Shown here: positions 11,640-25,887 of the stretch, piece after piece
Position numbering within the stretch: position 1 is the first letter of the stretch
How the letters are laid out: each line of letters opens with the position of its first letter
Assembly: GCA_903813345.2 (NCBI GenBank)
Contig: CAIIXF020000001.1
Span: 33,108,001 to 33,172,000, forward strand
From: Owenia fusiformis
Lineage: Eukaryota
Direction of reading: 5' to 3'
Length of the DNA: 64,000 nt
Program-made: the position numbers and the translations under genes
Notes under the pieces: model-generated
The model's input: only the letters and a program-made list of their open reading frames with translations
Told to the model about the DNA's origin: nothing
The model's database searches: none

Positions 11640-12266
11640 CCTTTAGCGTGCTGCCGTACGCCCGATTTCAAACTTTTAAAAACTTTACTTTTTCGCGCCA
11701 TTCGTATTGTCCAATTAGATTGCCCGATTTATTCAGTGCCTAACATGACTTCCTGTTGACCTAGAAATGGCGATATTTCGAAAAATAATTCTCAATTCAA
11801 CAATTTAAACAGTGTTTTAGTCGTTTTTAGTGAACGAATTGTACAAAATGGTGGACAAATACGATCACAACGAAAATGTGGAGGAAATGGATTACGATTT
11901 TGAGCTCTTGGAAGTCGATAAATAGAAATAGAAACTAGAATATTTTCTGAATTGAAAAATTGAACATTCGATCGCTGCAAATTCAGATTTGGATTCTGAC
12001 CAGACGAAGAGGCGGAGCAGCGGATTCCAGAGGAGTATTCATGGTATATTTATGCCCAGTCGTGTTAATGTACGAAAAAATTCATGAGAACATTTTTTTC
12101 ATGAGCCAGGCCACTGTATCTTCCCTTTGTGAAAATTTTATCCAGATTCATTCAGTAGTTATTGAGATATTAATTATTTAGTCCAGGCATATCATTTTTT
12201 GCACTCTTTGAAAAATAAGCCAGTTGCGTGGGATATATTTGCTGAAATAAGGCAGCATGGTAAAGG
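11640..12266. mobile_element. piggyBac-like MITE, copy 1
   Basis: TTAA|CCTTTAGCGTGCTGCC ... GGCAGCATGGTAAAGG|TTAA; closely related to 33663-34360. Confidence 0.85.
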
Positions 12267-12977
12267 TTAAAGTATATGTATACGTATAAGTTGTACTTTC
12301 ACTTATGTGCGAAATCTGTCTAATACCTCAAGATGAGACACCGATGTTTTTTTCTTGTTTTTTTTCATTTAACAAATGTGCAGCCATTTATGTTATTCAT
12401 CTTGGTGTCTCATTTCCTCTACTAACATTACCTTATTGTTGCATCGAGGAGTCGCTCACTCACATTCATAACTCTTAAGGAGGCAAACAGCTTCGAATAA
12501 CCCCATCAACTCACCTATTACCTTACCTAAGATTTTCGACATCTAAAAAGTTACTCGACTTTTTTGTGATTATGAGTCAACGGAAGCATTCTTGAGTTTC
12601 AAATTGACTTCTGTGGTAACTTGAAACCATCTTCTAATTTATTCCACTTACCTTTTATTGTTTCTCCAAATATATTCTTTGAAAATCAGATTTTAAGGGT
12701 GTTAATCAGGGCAATTAAAGTTACAAAGCTGAAAGGTCATTTTTGAAAATCATTTTTACGTCCTGTGTTATTTCAATGGGAGAGGTTTCTTGATAAAGCC
12801 TATTACTTTCAGTAAATAAAGACATCATTTTTGTTAAATAAAATTCAAATTCAATTGTCTACTTAACTTAATGAAGGAACTAAAATGAATTATATTTCCC
12901 CTCCCAAAATAATTTTTCTTTACAAATTATGCATAAAAAAATTCAAACCTAAAGATGCTTTAATAAATAATCCAATG

Positions 12978-14470
12978 CAGACTTGCCAACCTCCTGTTTT
13001 TTTACAGGAATATCCCGTAAATTTTTTGTTTTTCCGTAAAAATACCAAACTCCCGTACCGTTTTCTCCCGTAAAAACTCCCGTACTGTATTTCTACTAAA
13101 ATCTCCCGTAATTTTTTTTAAAAATATGGCCGTAAAATCTCCCGTATTTTTGCTGAAATCTCCTGTAAAATCTCCCGTATTCTGGTATAACTCCAGTAAA
13201 ATCTCCCGTTTTCTAGGTATAACTCCTGTAAAATCTCCCGTTTTCTGGTATAACTCCCATAAAATCTCCCGTATTCTTGGTATAACTCCTGTAAAATCTC
13301 TGTTTTTTGCTGTCAAAATCTACCATTTTCACTATCGATACTTTCATAAATAACTTAAAAGTACTTCATTCCCATGATTCAAATTGCTTTTCTGCGATCA
13401 GTTCGGTATAAGTTTGCACACCAAATGTCCACAAACGGGGGCCAGTTCATATTCTGCCATACTTCTGTCGGGAGAATACACTTTGTTTTTATATGTCGCT
13501 AAACAAAATATTCCCGCAATATAAGGCGCATTATGGGTAGGGACTGCTGTGAAATAATGAACGTAGGTGACATCTATCTTACATTATAAGTTCTAATTAA
13601 TTTATTAACTGCGCATGCGTCATAATTGGGAAAAACCGAACCTAAAAATGGAACCTCACGCAGATTGCCCTTAGCATATAGTGAAACGCCACATATACAT
13701 TTTACTTAGCTTTGATCAATTAGTTTCCAAAGTAATAAATATTGTATCTAAAATCTAAACAGATCATATTAATAATATAGACAGTTTCAAATATAAATCA
13801 TCCCAGAGTTTGACAATTTGAACTACATCCGTTAAAATAATTATATGAAATGAACAATTTTTGTGGTGGTTCGAAGTTGCATTATAATTTGAAGTGTTCT
13901 ATCCGGATTTTCTGAGTCAGTGATGGCGCTTCATTTACAAGGTAAGAAGACGACTAATTAGTCACTATTATACTCCCGTTTTTTCATAAATCTACCGTAA
14001 AAACTCCCGTTTTTTCAAAATCTACCGTAAAAACTCCCGTTTTTTTCAGAAATCTATTGTAAAAACTCACATTTTTTTCAAAATCTATCAGAAACCTACC
14101 GTAAGAACTCCCGTTTTTTTCGAAATCTACCGTAAACTACCGTTCTTTCCAAATCTATAGTAAAAACTCCCGTTTTTTAAAAATCAAAAGTAAAAACTCC
14201 CGTTTTTTCAGAAATCTACCATAAAAACTCCCGTGTTTTCAAAATCTACCGTAAAAACTCCAGTTTTTTCAGAAATCTACAGTAAAAACTCCTGTTTTTC
14301 CGAAATCTACCTTAAAAACTCCCGTTTTATCAGAAATCTACCGTAAAACTCCCGTTTTTTCAGAATCTACCGTAAAAAACTCGTGTTTTTCAGAAATCTA
14401 CCGTAAAAACTCCCGTTTTTTTTTAAAAATCTACCGCAAAAACTCCTGTTTTTTCAAAACCTACCGTAAA
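12978..14470. mobile_element. hAT (Blackjack-like) element, left end plus subterminal arrays
   Basis: Starts CAGACTTGCCAACC; arrays of aaaatctcccg (13010-13320) and ~30-bp aaatctaccgtaaaaactcccg units (13970-14470). No matching right TIR directly after the array. Confidence 0.6.
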
Positions 14471-15409
14471 AAGAAGGGGGAGGGGGATTTGTGAATAACA
14501 TAAAAATAGAACCCCTGGTCACCAAATTCTGGCTACGCTACTGAAAGAGGAAGTCAAACTGCCAGCGCCCTCTGTTGTTACTACGTCACTTCCGTTGCAA
14601 GAAACTTTGCTGAAAATATAATCTAAAATATCGCTCATTAATCCAGTTTACAATTTAACTCTACCATGCATCTACTTCACCACCATCTTCTGATTCTGGA
14701 CTGCTGACCGTGAGTAGAACGACCCCTTCGATGTCACATAAAACATTCTATTGCATAGAATTAATTTACAAGTACAGTGCTGATATAAAATAAAGGGTGC
14801 GTTTTCAAACTAAACAGAGTGCTCCTACTAAAATAATTTTCCCTACATACCCCAAAAGTTTTGCTATTATAGGTAAAAAGTTCTCTCAAAATTTCGAAGT
14901 GATTTTACCTGTTAATTCTGTCAATGGTCCACCATTTTTGCGGAAGATACACTGAAACGCAAACTCCATGAAAGGAAACGAAATCACTATGAAAAACCAT
15001 GGCACACATTGTGCTCATGTGCAGCAAAGTTTAAAACAATCAGATTATTTGATCATTTTGCGCACATGAATTATTTGCTTCTGAGGACTTACAAGCTAAC
15101 CACAATAAACAAACCTGGCAGAGACTACCCTTAGCCTACTTCATTTAAGCGAAATTTCAGCTCAAACTCGTGACAAATGCATTATGCATATGCTGGTATG
15201 AAGCTTTGGAGACACTCATATTGGTAAATATGATTTACGGTGTATACTTTTCTGCAGTTTGTGGGAGTTTGGGACATTAAATGTTAAAATTCAAGAAAAT
15301 ATGCCAATTATACGACTTATATTATAGTTCTGTATTGACCTCAAGTCAGTTTAATTAGTCCCACATATCATTTACACTGCCCTGTCAACCCTCACGCATT
15401 AGGCGTGAC

Positions 15410-16798
15410 AATTACTCAGATGCGAGAAGGTAGTTACCAGTTTCGCCACCAGGTGGCTGATTCGGAGAATTAACATGGCAGGGTATTACAAAATTCCCTT
15501 AAACTTGAATATGCATCAGTTTTAGTGGTTAACTTTTCATATTACCTTTATGTATATGATAGTTATACAAATTAAAATACAGGGTGTCCAAAAAAAACAG
15601 GACCGTAAGAAAGTTGAATAACTCGGTCAATTTTGCATATTTTGCCCTGAAATTTAAGAATTATTTAAATCATTCAATGTGAATTTTGTTCTGAAAGTTT
15701 GATGATAATCTGTTTATTGTGTCAAAAACTACAGTCCTTTACAAAACATGCTCAAAGTGGGCACTTCTCCTCTCTTTGCACAAACGAATCCTGCGAACAA
15801 AGTTGTTAATGACCCTTACCTATACACATTAATGTGAATGGTAAATATTGGGGTAGTTATTGCCCTCTTAAGACTGTTAGGGGCCTGTCAGTATACACAT
15901 TGGCTTTGAGAAATCCTCAAATATAAAAATTTGGGGGATTTAGATCAGGCAAATGAGCTGCCCATATGGTTTGCGTTCTGCAACTGATGTGCTGACCACC
16001 AAAGCATTGCCTAAACCATTTCAGCATATCATTTGCACTGTTGGGGTGGTATTGGCTTGTTGAAACCACTGCTTAATTATCTTCTTAGATGTCCCTTCTG
16101 GTGCTTAGTGACCTCCAAAACTTGGTGAGAACTTACTGGTCCTTTTTCATGGTGATAGCAAGTCGCCCCAGTCACCTTCGAACCAAAAGGGACTGATGAT
16201 TCCATGTTTCCTCATTACCACCCAGGGAGTGCATTGTTCAGAATGCAATGGATGCTGTAACACTTCATCAGGAGGATGTAAGCCCCAGTAGCAATTGTTC
16301 TTGGAACAAACTTGTCCATTCAGAAAGACATGTGTGTAGGAGGATCATCAACAGCTTTGTTCGCCGGATTGAATTGTGCATAGAGATGAGATTTGCACAT
16401 TTGGGTCATGTTTTGTAAGGAGCTGTAGTTTTTGACTCAATTGGTAGATTATTATCAAACTTTCACAACAAAATTCACATTGAATGAACTAAATAATTCT
16501 TTTTTACGGTCCTGTTTTTTTTTGGACACCCTGTATGTCCAGTAAAAGAAAATATTATCTGCCCAACACAAGAAAAGATATTCCACTTTTTGTGGTTTTA
16601 CAACATGGGGTCTATGGGGAATCTCCCCGACCTAGAAGTCACAATTTCAAAGAAAATTAAATTTTCAAAGTTGATAAACTCTTCTCAAAACCACATTTCT
16701 AAGTGTAATTTTACATGTAGATTACAAATATGACATCAGTTTGACTGAAATTTTTAATGACGTAAATCAAGATTATTTCTACTCGCATCTGGGGTATT
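15410..16798. mobile_element. ~430-bp TIR element (CAGATGCGAG) split by a mariner derivative
   Basis: TIR cagatgcgag/ctcgcatctg; uninterrupted sister copy at 52351-52790. Confidence 0.85.
15580..16533 (-). mobile_element. Internally deleted Tc1/mariner element (rosa/DD41D-like) with transposase pseudogene
   Basis: TA|CAGGGTGTCCAAAAAAAACAGGACCGTAA TIRs. Minus-strand fragments FLNGQVCSKNNCYWG..PLHS..HGIISPFWFE and WAAHLPDLNPPNFYI*GFLKANVY (SPDLNP motif). Empty site visible at ~52520. Confidence 0.85.
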
Positions 16799-18479
16799 AG
16801 GCGTGATTGTCACGCATTTGCTGGAAAAATAGAAATCACGCATCAATTTAGCGTGTATGATCAAATATCACGCAAATCACACATTTTGTTGATATTTTTA
16901 AAAATCGTTTTTTGTGAAATGCCGACACGGTAAAATACCGAACGGCGAAAAAAAGCGAACGCATTCCGTTCGGTCTTTGCACGCTATTGCCGTTTATGTC
17001 AAGCTTTTTGTACAAAATATGTGTATATATCACGCATTAAAATTAAAAATCGTTTTTTTGTGAAATGCCGACACAGTAAAATACCAAATGGCGAAAAAAG
17101 CGAACGCATTCCGTTCGGTCTTTGCATGCGATTGCCGTTTATGTCACGCATTTTGTACAAAATATGTGCATTCCCCCTCCCCCCTCCCTGATTTTGACGG
17201 TTGACCGAATGGAGAGGTCTACAATTGTTTTGTTAGTCAGAAGAAACTAATAATACTCATATATACGACAGTCATCAATCATGGCTTCATTTCACAATCT
17301 TTTCTCCGAACCACGCCAGCAATTAAATTTAAGAAAATCTGAAGACATTGAAAGCTAAACTCTCTGTTTTCAGCACATAACTGCGTACTCACTAGTAAAT
17401 TAATGTTAATTTTGCGTTTCTATTTGTATTTTTGCTATATTCGTCGTGTAGAAAAGTCAAAATATCACTTTAATCAACGTTCACAAAATGTCCGTCTACC
17501 ATGTTTTTTTCTGTAAACATTGTGACGTCATATTCCCCATAATTCACAAGTGTAGTACAGTAACATACGCAGTCAATAATATGATATCCCATTATGCACA
17601 AGTGAGGTACAGGCAAAAATGTTGACCGCTAATTGACCAATCAGATGCGAGTATTTACACTCAGGTACTAACAATAAGCATTGGCACACTGTCTAATGAC
17701 ACTTTGGGTAGTAGGCAGCCATTTTAAAAAATGACCGTTTTTTACTATAACTTAAAAAGTATTGGAGCGCTTTTGTTCGGTTTCAAAAATATTCCAAAAT
17801 ATATAGTTTAAAGAAACATCATGGGACTTCTCGGTAATCTCTGATGTGACATCATTCGGAGTGGTGTCACATTCTCAGAAAAGGCATTTGACTTCGGGAA
17901 TAAACATTTGAACAACCAAAATAGCCGAAGCACTCCATTAAATATACGCTTGCTTATTTTATGCTTTTATCAAAAGACACTTTCTTGGATGTGTTGCTTT
18001 GGTGATTTGTGTTGAAGCTAACAACAGTACGCATCGTTTGAGGTATGACATGTGATATTTATTGATAAACTGACTCTAAAATCAAGGAAAAATAAATTTT
18101 CCGAGGGTTCTCGTGTCTTGTCCTTGAGTATATTTATTGAGCCTAGACACAGAGGAGGTTATCCATGGTTAAATTGACAAAGTTTGAATTAGAATTTCTC
18201 AAATCGCAGCCTATCGATTTTAAAGAATTTCAGAGAAATACAGCATAGCATCTCACCTCCATGTCAAAAAAATTTCAACAAAAATATCCCACGAAAATTT
18301 GTGCTCTTACATAATACAAGTACCAAAACGTCATCATATTTATGTATATTGACCAATTCACTACTTCCAAGGTCATCCATCCGCAGAAAATAATCCCAAA
18401 TATTTTACCATTCATTGATATGATCACATGTTTCCTAGTTATTCTGGGCATTATATGCCAGGAAATGAGAAGATTCTAT

Positions 18480-19440
18480 TAGACTAGAATCAGGGGGTTG
18501 AAAATATAATGACATCTTATATTTTGACGAGCAGGCAAGTCATGTTCACTAATTGAAAGGAAAAGGGTTCCTAAATTGATACTGAGATTTAACAAAACGA
18601 AATAGGTGTCAAAATGTGTTTTTGGGTAAAAAATTTGTTTTTTGCTAAATTTTTTTTAAAAAATTAAAACATTTTTTTAGAAGTTTTATTTTAGTAAATA
18701 CAGTCTGGTTGACTACGGAAAAGTGAAAATAAATCAGTTTTGATCGAATTTGGTGATTTTGGGGAGGTTTTAAAGATTTATCTTGTGGTTGTCATAGTGA
18801 AATGAATGTAGACTAGAATCAGTGCATTGAATATAATTACCTCTTTTTGACGAGCAGGCAAGTTATGTTAACTAATTGAATGGTAAATGATTTCTCAATT
18901 GATACTGAGATTTAACAAGGAAAAATAGGTGTCAAAATGTGTTTTGGGTTAAATATGTGTTTTTCGGAGAATTTTTTTTTAAATTAAAAAAAAAATTAGA
19001 AATTTTATTTCAGTAAATATAGTCTGGTTGACTATGGAAACATGAAAATAAATCAGTTTTGATCGATTTTGGTGATTTTGGGGAGGTTTAAGAGATTTCT
19101 CTTGTGGTTGGCATATAGTGAAATGAATGTAGACTAGAATCAGTGCATTGAATATAATGACATCTTTTTGACGAGCAGGCAAGTTATGTTAACTAATTGA
19201 AAGGTAAATGGTTTCTTAATTGATACTGAGAGTTAACAAGAAGAAATAGGTGTCATAATGTGTTTTGGGGTAAAAATGTTTTTTTGCAGAAAAAAATTAA
19301 ACATTAATTTTTTTTAGAAATTTTATTTTAGTAAATACAATCTGGCTACAGAGTATAAAAAGTGAAAATAAACCATTTTTGATCGATTTTGGGAAGCTTT
19401 TAGAGATTTCTCTTGTGGTTGGCATAATATGTATAGTGGA
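18480..19440. repeat. Three tandem ~320-bp units within a larger modular repeat
   Basis: Units start agactagaatcag at ~18481, ~18810 and ~19130. Flanking module 18168-18480 recurs at 23053-23241 plus 24465-24595. Confidence 0.75.
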
Positions 19441-19701
19441 AATAAATAGTCAATTACCAATTCTTTGCATTACTAATAGAGACAATATTTAGGTTTACTA
19501 CTCAAATTAACATTTCACCAAGAAAACAATATATTCTAATTCAATTTTATTCCGTACTACATTGTGTCATATTCCTTTAGTTATATTATTCACATATTCA
19601 TAAAAGTAAAGAAAATCATACCAAAAAGCATACTTTAATATATTCAAATCCTTTGTAAACACAATGACCAGTTTACTAAATAGCACTATAAAATTGACAT
19701 T

Positions 19702-21187
19702 TAGGTCCACTTCTATTTATTTTATATATCAACGATCTCCCAGATAATGTAAATTCAAAATGCTACATCTACGCAGATGACACATCTCTTCACTTTATTT
19801 TTGACCCCAAAAAGCCCCAAGAAATTGATGAATTAGTAAAATCTGATTTATCTGAGATAGAAAATTGGTCCAAATTGTGGAAGCTACAATTTAAACCAGA
19901 AAAGAGCTGTGAAGTTATTTTCTCTGGAATTAGAACCAATCCTCAAAATGTAAGCAAATCCTACCTTAGTGACTCTGAAATTGAAAGAACAAATGTACAT
20001 AAACACCTTGGACATACTTTTGATCATAATCTAACGAATCAAAATCACATTGAGGAAATATACAATAAAGTTAGAAAAATGATAAATCCCTTGAAAAATC
20101 TTAAAACTAAGTTAAACTCTAGAGATCTTGAAACGCTTTTTAATTCCTTTATAAGACCTCATTTTGACTATGGAACTGCTCTTTTTAATAATGCGTCAAA
20201 AAATCTTCTCAATAGACTTGATAAAATCTACTATCAGGCTGCTCTTGTGTGCTCTGGTTGTCTTCATGGCAGTAATACTGATAAGGTTTTAAATCTCCTT
20301 CAATGGCCTTCCTTAGAAACAAGAAGAAGAATGCAAATCAATAACTTCATGTTCAAGGTAGTTAATGGGCCAAATCCACCTTTTCTAGATGAAATCTTTG
20401 AGAAGTTCAAAAATCCTGGAACACGAAATTTGCGCGATAGATTTGACTTTATTTTACCCACCAGGTGCTCAGAGAGGTTTTTAAATTCATCAGTACCATC
20501 TGCAATATCAAACTGGTCACAATTACCTAAAAGATTACGTAATATGGAAACTTTTCAATCCTTTAAAAAACACCAAAAGATCTTGTTTAAAAATCAAGAA
20601 AGTTTTATTAGCACTTCCAAACTCAATCTGAAAAGATCTCATGAAATTCTAATTAACAGATTTAGAGCCGATCTTCTTTTCAAAGCCCAACTTTATGCAC
20701 ATAATTTTACATGTATATTGATAATCCAAATAGTAATTGTGGAGCTCCTCAGACAGAAAAACACTTTTTCTTTCAATGTCCTCTCATCAAAGAAAGTATA
20801 ACCAAATTAAAAACTGATATTATGGATACAACTGGTTCTTCAGACGAACACTCAACTCAGAATGATCTGCTTTACTTAATGAAACATGGTTCTGAAAAAA
20901 TTTCCCTTGATTTAAATTCAAAACTCCAAACCCTAATTGCTGAATTCATTGAAACAAACCTATGAGCTCTTTCCCCTCCTTAACAGTACTTTAAATAATT
21001 TTGTCCACAGAGATAGGTCCACCCCATGGTCAACCTCAAGTGCAGTATTAACCCCCTTGACCTTATTCATATTGTATTTGTATAATCTTACTGTACCCTT
21101 CTATAATGCCATTGGGCGATTGAAGGGATGTATAATGTTATATCTTGTAATGAAATAAATTTATCTGAATAAAAAAAAAAAAAAAAA
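19702..21187 (+). mobile_element. 5'-truncated CR1-group LINE (reverse transcriptase C-terminal half, 3'UTR, poly-A)
   Basis: Frame from 19701: LGPLLFILYINDLP...CYIYADDT..., continuing into ORF 19875-20801. One frameshift near 20715 before zinc-knuckle-like CGAPQTEKHFFFQCP. Stop at 20965, poly-A ~21171-21190, TSD aaaattgacatt. Confidence 0.92.
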
Positions 21188-23241
21188 AAAATTGACATTG
21201 ATACATACAATGTTATATGGAAACATATTTTCAATTTTCAGTATCATCACCACAGGCTGTCATCAGCCATTTTGAACATTGGGGTATACCAGGTCGTTTT
21301 TACAAGTTTCAATGTTCCACACAATTTATTACTAAACTGAAAAGCAGATTAAATGAACCAGCACAAATAATGACAATGTAAATCATGCTCCTGGTAGAAA
21401 TTCATCTCACAACTTTTATGATCGAATATGATGTTACTGCAGAAGGCATGACCATTAGCTAATACATAGTATCTTTCTCTCACATCTGACAACTAAGAAC
21501 ATGTTCATCTTTAGCATGAGCAGAAGATAATGCACTTGTGAGAGAATGCTGTATGCCAAATAGATACTGATGTTGTATCACGTTTGAATTTTGAAAAAAT
21601 AGTCTCGATGATCTTTGCATTTAATTGACATTAGGTGATACCAATTCCAATGATGGATATTGTTGGTACTATTGAGAATTATATTATACTGGTTGTTGTA
21701 CACTATACTGGTATGTCAGAAATGTATTGTACCATTTTAACTTTTGTGGCGTTGTACCTTCCCCATTGTTGAAAATATATCATATGATTTATCAATTATC
21801 TGTAGAGGTCCTGTTTGGATGTTGTGCCTCAATTGTATTTTCAAGGTTCTTTGTATTGTGTTCAACTGTTTCTTTTAAACTTTTTATAATGTTTGTCCAT
21901 CTGGATTTAGTACAGAAACTGCATACTGTTTTCTGTGTGATAGACCCCACTGTCTGAACCATTGACTAACACGTCTATTTTGATAGGGAGATGATTGTGA
22001 GTGGTGATTATTGATTCTAGACTAGTTCAATAAAGTCAATCAAACCAGAAAAAGTACAATTATCGTAACACTAGATTGGCTGGCAGGGCTCCAACCTGGC
22101 ACAATGACAAGTTGACCACAACTATTTATGTGGTGATCAACACTGATTGTATTGTTTGAACTAGTTAAGGTATGGAGAATATTATTTTAATTAATTGTCT
22201 AATTAGTGCCTTTTGACACCTCGTTCACCATGTTAAATTTCACAAATCTTTTGTTATATATTAGGGAGTATTTTGATATAGGTCTCTTGCCTGCTCGTTA
22301 AAATATAAGTACTTTCACTTTCTAGAGGCTTTTATCATCATATGATTCTAGTCTATATCCAAAGATGGTGCTGTAGTATACCATTGAAGTCTCCAAACAG
22401 GTTTCTAATAGAACTACTTTCCTCATACCACGAGATAAACAAGCAGAGTAAGGATAGTACACTCTAATAAGGTCATGGTTGACTGACTATCCATGCTGTT
22501 CGATGTTCATTTAAATGTTAGGGGTTTTCTGAAGTGATTTCCAAACTTTCAGTCTAATCCCTTCAGCCTTTTTGATTTTATAGGGTTCTTCTAACCCCCT
22601 TGGTCATTATATTTTGTCATACTTAATTCAATACTGAAACTGGTATTTTCTTATAAAAATAACATATTGGAGAAATGTTCTGTACAGTTTGTGTTATCCA
22701 CAAGACTTCTATTCTGTGCAATTGTAAATGCAGCAATACAAGCGAAATCAGTCAGCTGTGAATGTGCAAAATTCGATATTCTGAACAATTTTGGGTAATT
22801 TGGGGGGGATTTTGAACCCTAGTGATGCTAATAGATTAAAAAAGCTGGTTAAAATTGTAGCAATTGCAAAAATAATTTGTTTACTCTCGTAAGTACTGTG
22901 TGACTATTTCTTTATTTGGAAAATAGAAAACTTCAAATTGTCACACAGAAACACATGCCAAATGGGACTAAATTCAATATATTTTTCGAAATTCATTGAC
23001 AATCAGATGTCGTTTCTAAAATCTCCTTAATTTTTGTACCATTGAGATGCATGTTAAATTGACAATGTTCGAATTAGAATTTCTCAAATCACAGCCCATC
23101 GATTTTCAAAGAATTTCAGAGAAATATAGCAAAGCATCTCACCTCCATGTCAAAAAAAAATTCAACAAAAATATCCCGCGAAAATCAAAAGTTCTGCTCT
23201 CTTACATAATACGAGTACCAAAACGTCATCATATTTATGTA

Positions 23242-24464
23242 CAGGGTGGTCAAAAAAATGGAAACCCTGCATTTTCCTTATATCTTTGTCACTTTAAGGA
23301 ATTACTCCCTGATATTTTATACATTTGTACATCATTCAATTTCCTACCACCCTAACACATTTCATGACCATCAGACTGATAGTCACAATTTTACAGCACT
23401 TTGAATAACATGCTTCAGATTTGGCCATTATCGCGCTGTAGGCAAAACAGCACAGTTGTCAATGACCCGAATGCATTCCTCAGCAGGTATGGCCTGAATG
23501 ACACAAATGATCTCACTTTTGAGGTTTGCAATTGTCCTGAGGTCATTCTCAAATACTCTATCTCTGCCTTATCCCCACAGGTAGGGACATTCTAGTAGAG
23601 CTTGGAGGTATTGTCGGTAATGCCGCAAAGGTAAGGTTATTGGTGAATGCTGGTATTGAAATTTATTACCGACATCGAACGGTAAATCCCCAGGTAAATT
23701 CGCGATTCATACTTCATCAATCGGTACCACAAATAACGTCTAAAAGTCGCATTGATTTTAGTATATGTCTTTTCAGTGTATTCATTCTTTAATTGTGTGT
23801 GTTTATACGGTATAATATTTAATTATTTATATGTAATTTGTGAATAAGAGTCTTAAAACTTGAAAAAACACTTACCTGAACTTGTTATTTTGCTGCCACT
23901 AAAAACGAGGCCAAAAGTATAAGCACGCCATCTATTGTGAATGTGAACGTAAAAATAAACTTTGACATTTATTTTGTTTATTGATTGTAATCAGCATGAA
24001 TATGATTTATATATACACACACTTATGAAGCTGTAATACAACACTCGGTTCCCCAAACGTGATGTAAGAGGCGGAATTAAACAGGTAAATATAGCAAAAT
24101 GTTTGTAAAAAATTAAAAAGTTCTATTTTTTCAGAATTTTTTTGATTATTTTTCTACGCCAGCGATTAATCGGTAACGGTTCGGTTTCAAGATGCGGTAA
24201 TACCGGCACCATTTTCCAATGCCGTTCCGAGCTCTACATTCTAGACGATGAGTACAGGTTTCCCCACAACGCAATAGTGGCCACTTGGCATGTTCTTTAA
24301 AGTACTGTAACATTGTGACTATCAATCTGATGGTCATGAAATAAAGTAGGCTGGTAGCAAATTGAATGATGTACACAAGTGTAAAATATCAGGGAGTTAT
24401 TTCCTAAAATGACAAAGATATGAGGAAAATGGTATTAGGGTTTCCATTTTTTTTGACCACCCTG
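23242..24464. mobile_element. Tc1/mariner-type MITE with nested hAT
   Basis: TA|CAGGGTGGTCAAAAAAATGGAAACCC ... GGGTTTCCATTTTTTTTGACCACCCTG|TA; empty site at ~18345. Confidence 0.88.
23596..24236. mobile_element. hAT MITE
   Basis: TIR TAGAGCTTGGA/TCCGAGCTCTA; perfect 8-bp TSD CATTCTAG. Confidence 0.88.
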
Positions 24465-24864
24465 TACATTGACTAATTCACCACTACCAAGGTCACCCAT
24501 AATCAATAATCCCAAATATTTTACCGTTCACTGTTATGATCACATGTTTCCCAGTTATTCTGGGCATTATATGCCAGCAAATGAGAGTATTCTATCCAAA
24601 AATGGTGCTGTAGGATACCATTGAAGTCCCCAAACAGGTTTCTTATAGAACTACTTTCCTCATACCACGAGATAAACAAACCGAGTAAGGATAGTACACT
24701 CACAGTGCTGACAGTAAATAAATAATAAAGGGTGGATTTTCAAACTAAAGAGAGTGCTCCTACCAAAATGGATTTGCCTATACCCTTGAGACTCTTATCT
24801 GATAGATAGAAAGCACAAATAAAACAAAAGTTTTGCTGACATGCAAAGTTCAATTTAAGACAAT

Positions 24865-24965
24865 TTAAGTAAGTAACTGAGTAGGAAGCTGGGTAAGTAG
24901 ATGATTAAGTAATTGAGTAAGTAGTTTAGTAGGTAGCTGAATAAGTAGCTGAGTAGGTAGGTAAG
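24865..24965. repeat. Degenerate 12-bp minisatellite
   Basis: Repeats of agtaagtagctg-like unit. Confidence 0.6.
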
Positions 24966-25887
24966 AATTTTTGAAAGTATATTTGATGGATCTGTATTGT
25001 GGATACTGGCAAATCTGAATTTCGAAATGGCATGGAATCTTAACTGGAAGTCGGATTGAAATTTGGTTTGCAGATTCGGATTCCTGAGAAAATTCTACCC
25101 TTAATTCATAACTCATACGTTAAATTTGGAGATCTTTTTATTTTTACCTACTTTTCTGACACCATATCTCAAAAGTGGGTCAAATATACTTTCTGACGGC
25201 AAAAGGCTAACACTATTAGCACACTCTTTGCAAAATGTATACAAAATTTTGAAACAAAACATTAATGTGTAGTGTCAGAATCGCAAAAATTAGGAAAAAC
25301 TATGAATTTCACCTAGATTTTGACCTAGGCATTTTGGTGTCCACATTTTGAAGCTTACCCTTAAGAAAAAAACCATGCTTTCCATGGATTTCCATGGGAA
25401 TTACCAGTATTCCATGGAAATAACCATTTAAAACCATGAAATTTCCCATGGTAATTACCAGTATTTCATGGAGAAAAAGCATGGAATTTTTCATGGTATT
25501 TACCATGAAATACTGGTTTTCTTTGATTTTTTTTGATTTCTGTGGTTATCAGGTTATTGCGCATTTATCTAAGTAAGCTTGCGTGTAATCTGTCCAAACA
25601 CCAACAACCACTAGTACTAGAAAGAATTCTTTCTGCCATGATTTTTGTAGTTAACCAAACCCTTTTGTACACAGATCTTTATTCCGAATGCAACAAAAAC
25701 TATGATTTAAGTTGCGCTTCATCTAAATAAATGAGTGGAAATGACAAAAACTACTTGTTTTAGCGTATGAAATATGCGTAGCTTGATTTGTTATGATCAG
25801 TAATGAACGCCACATAAACATTATACATAGTTTAATCAATTTGTTTACAGTACGATAAAATTTTGAATTTTCATCAGAACACATTAT

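Noticed and set aside
13002..13353. ORFs with TGDFTG/VKSPV repeats
   Set aside because: Translations of the subterminal tandem array.
13970..14470. CRISPR-like regular repeats (also 27190-27780, 42960-43650)
   Set aside because: No unique spacers and no cas genes; eukaryotic TE tandem arrays.
21251..21270. CACAGGCTGTCATCAG as a fifth Transib-like end
   Set aside because: No convincing partner end or 5-bp TSD found.
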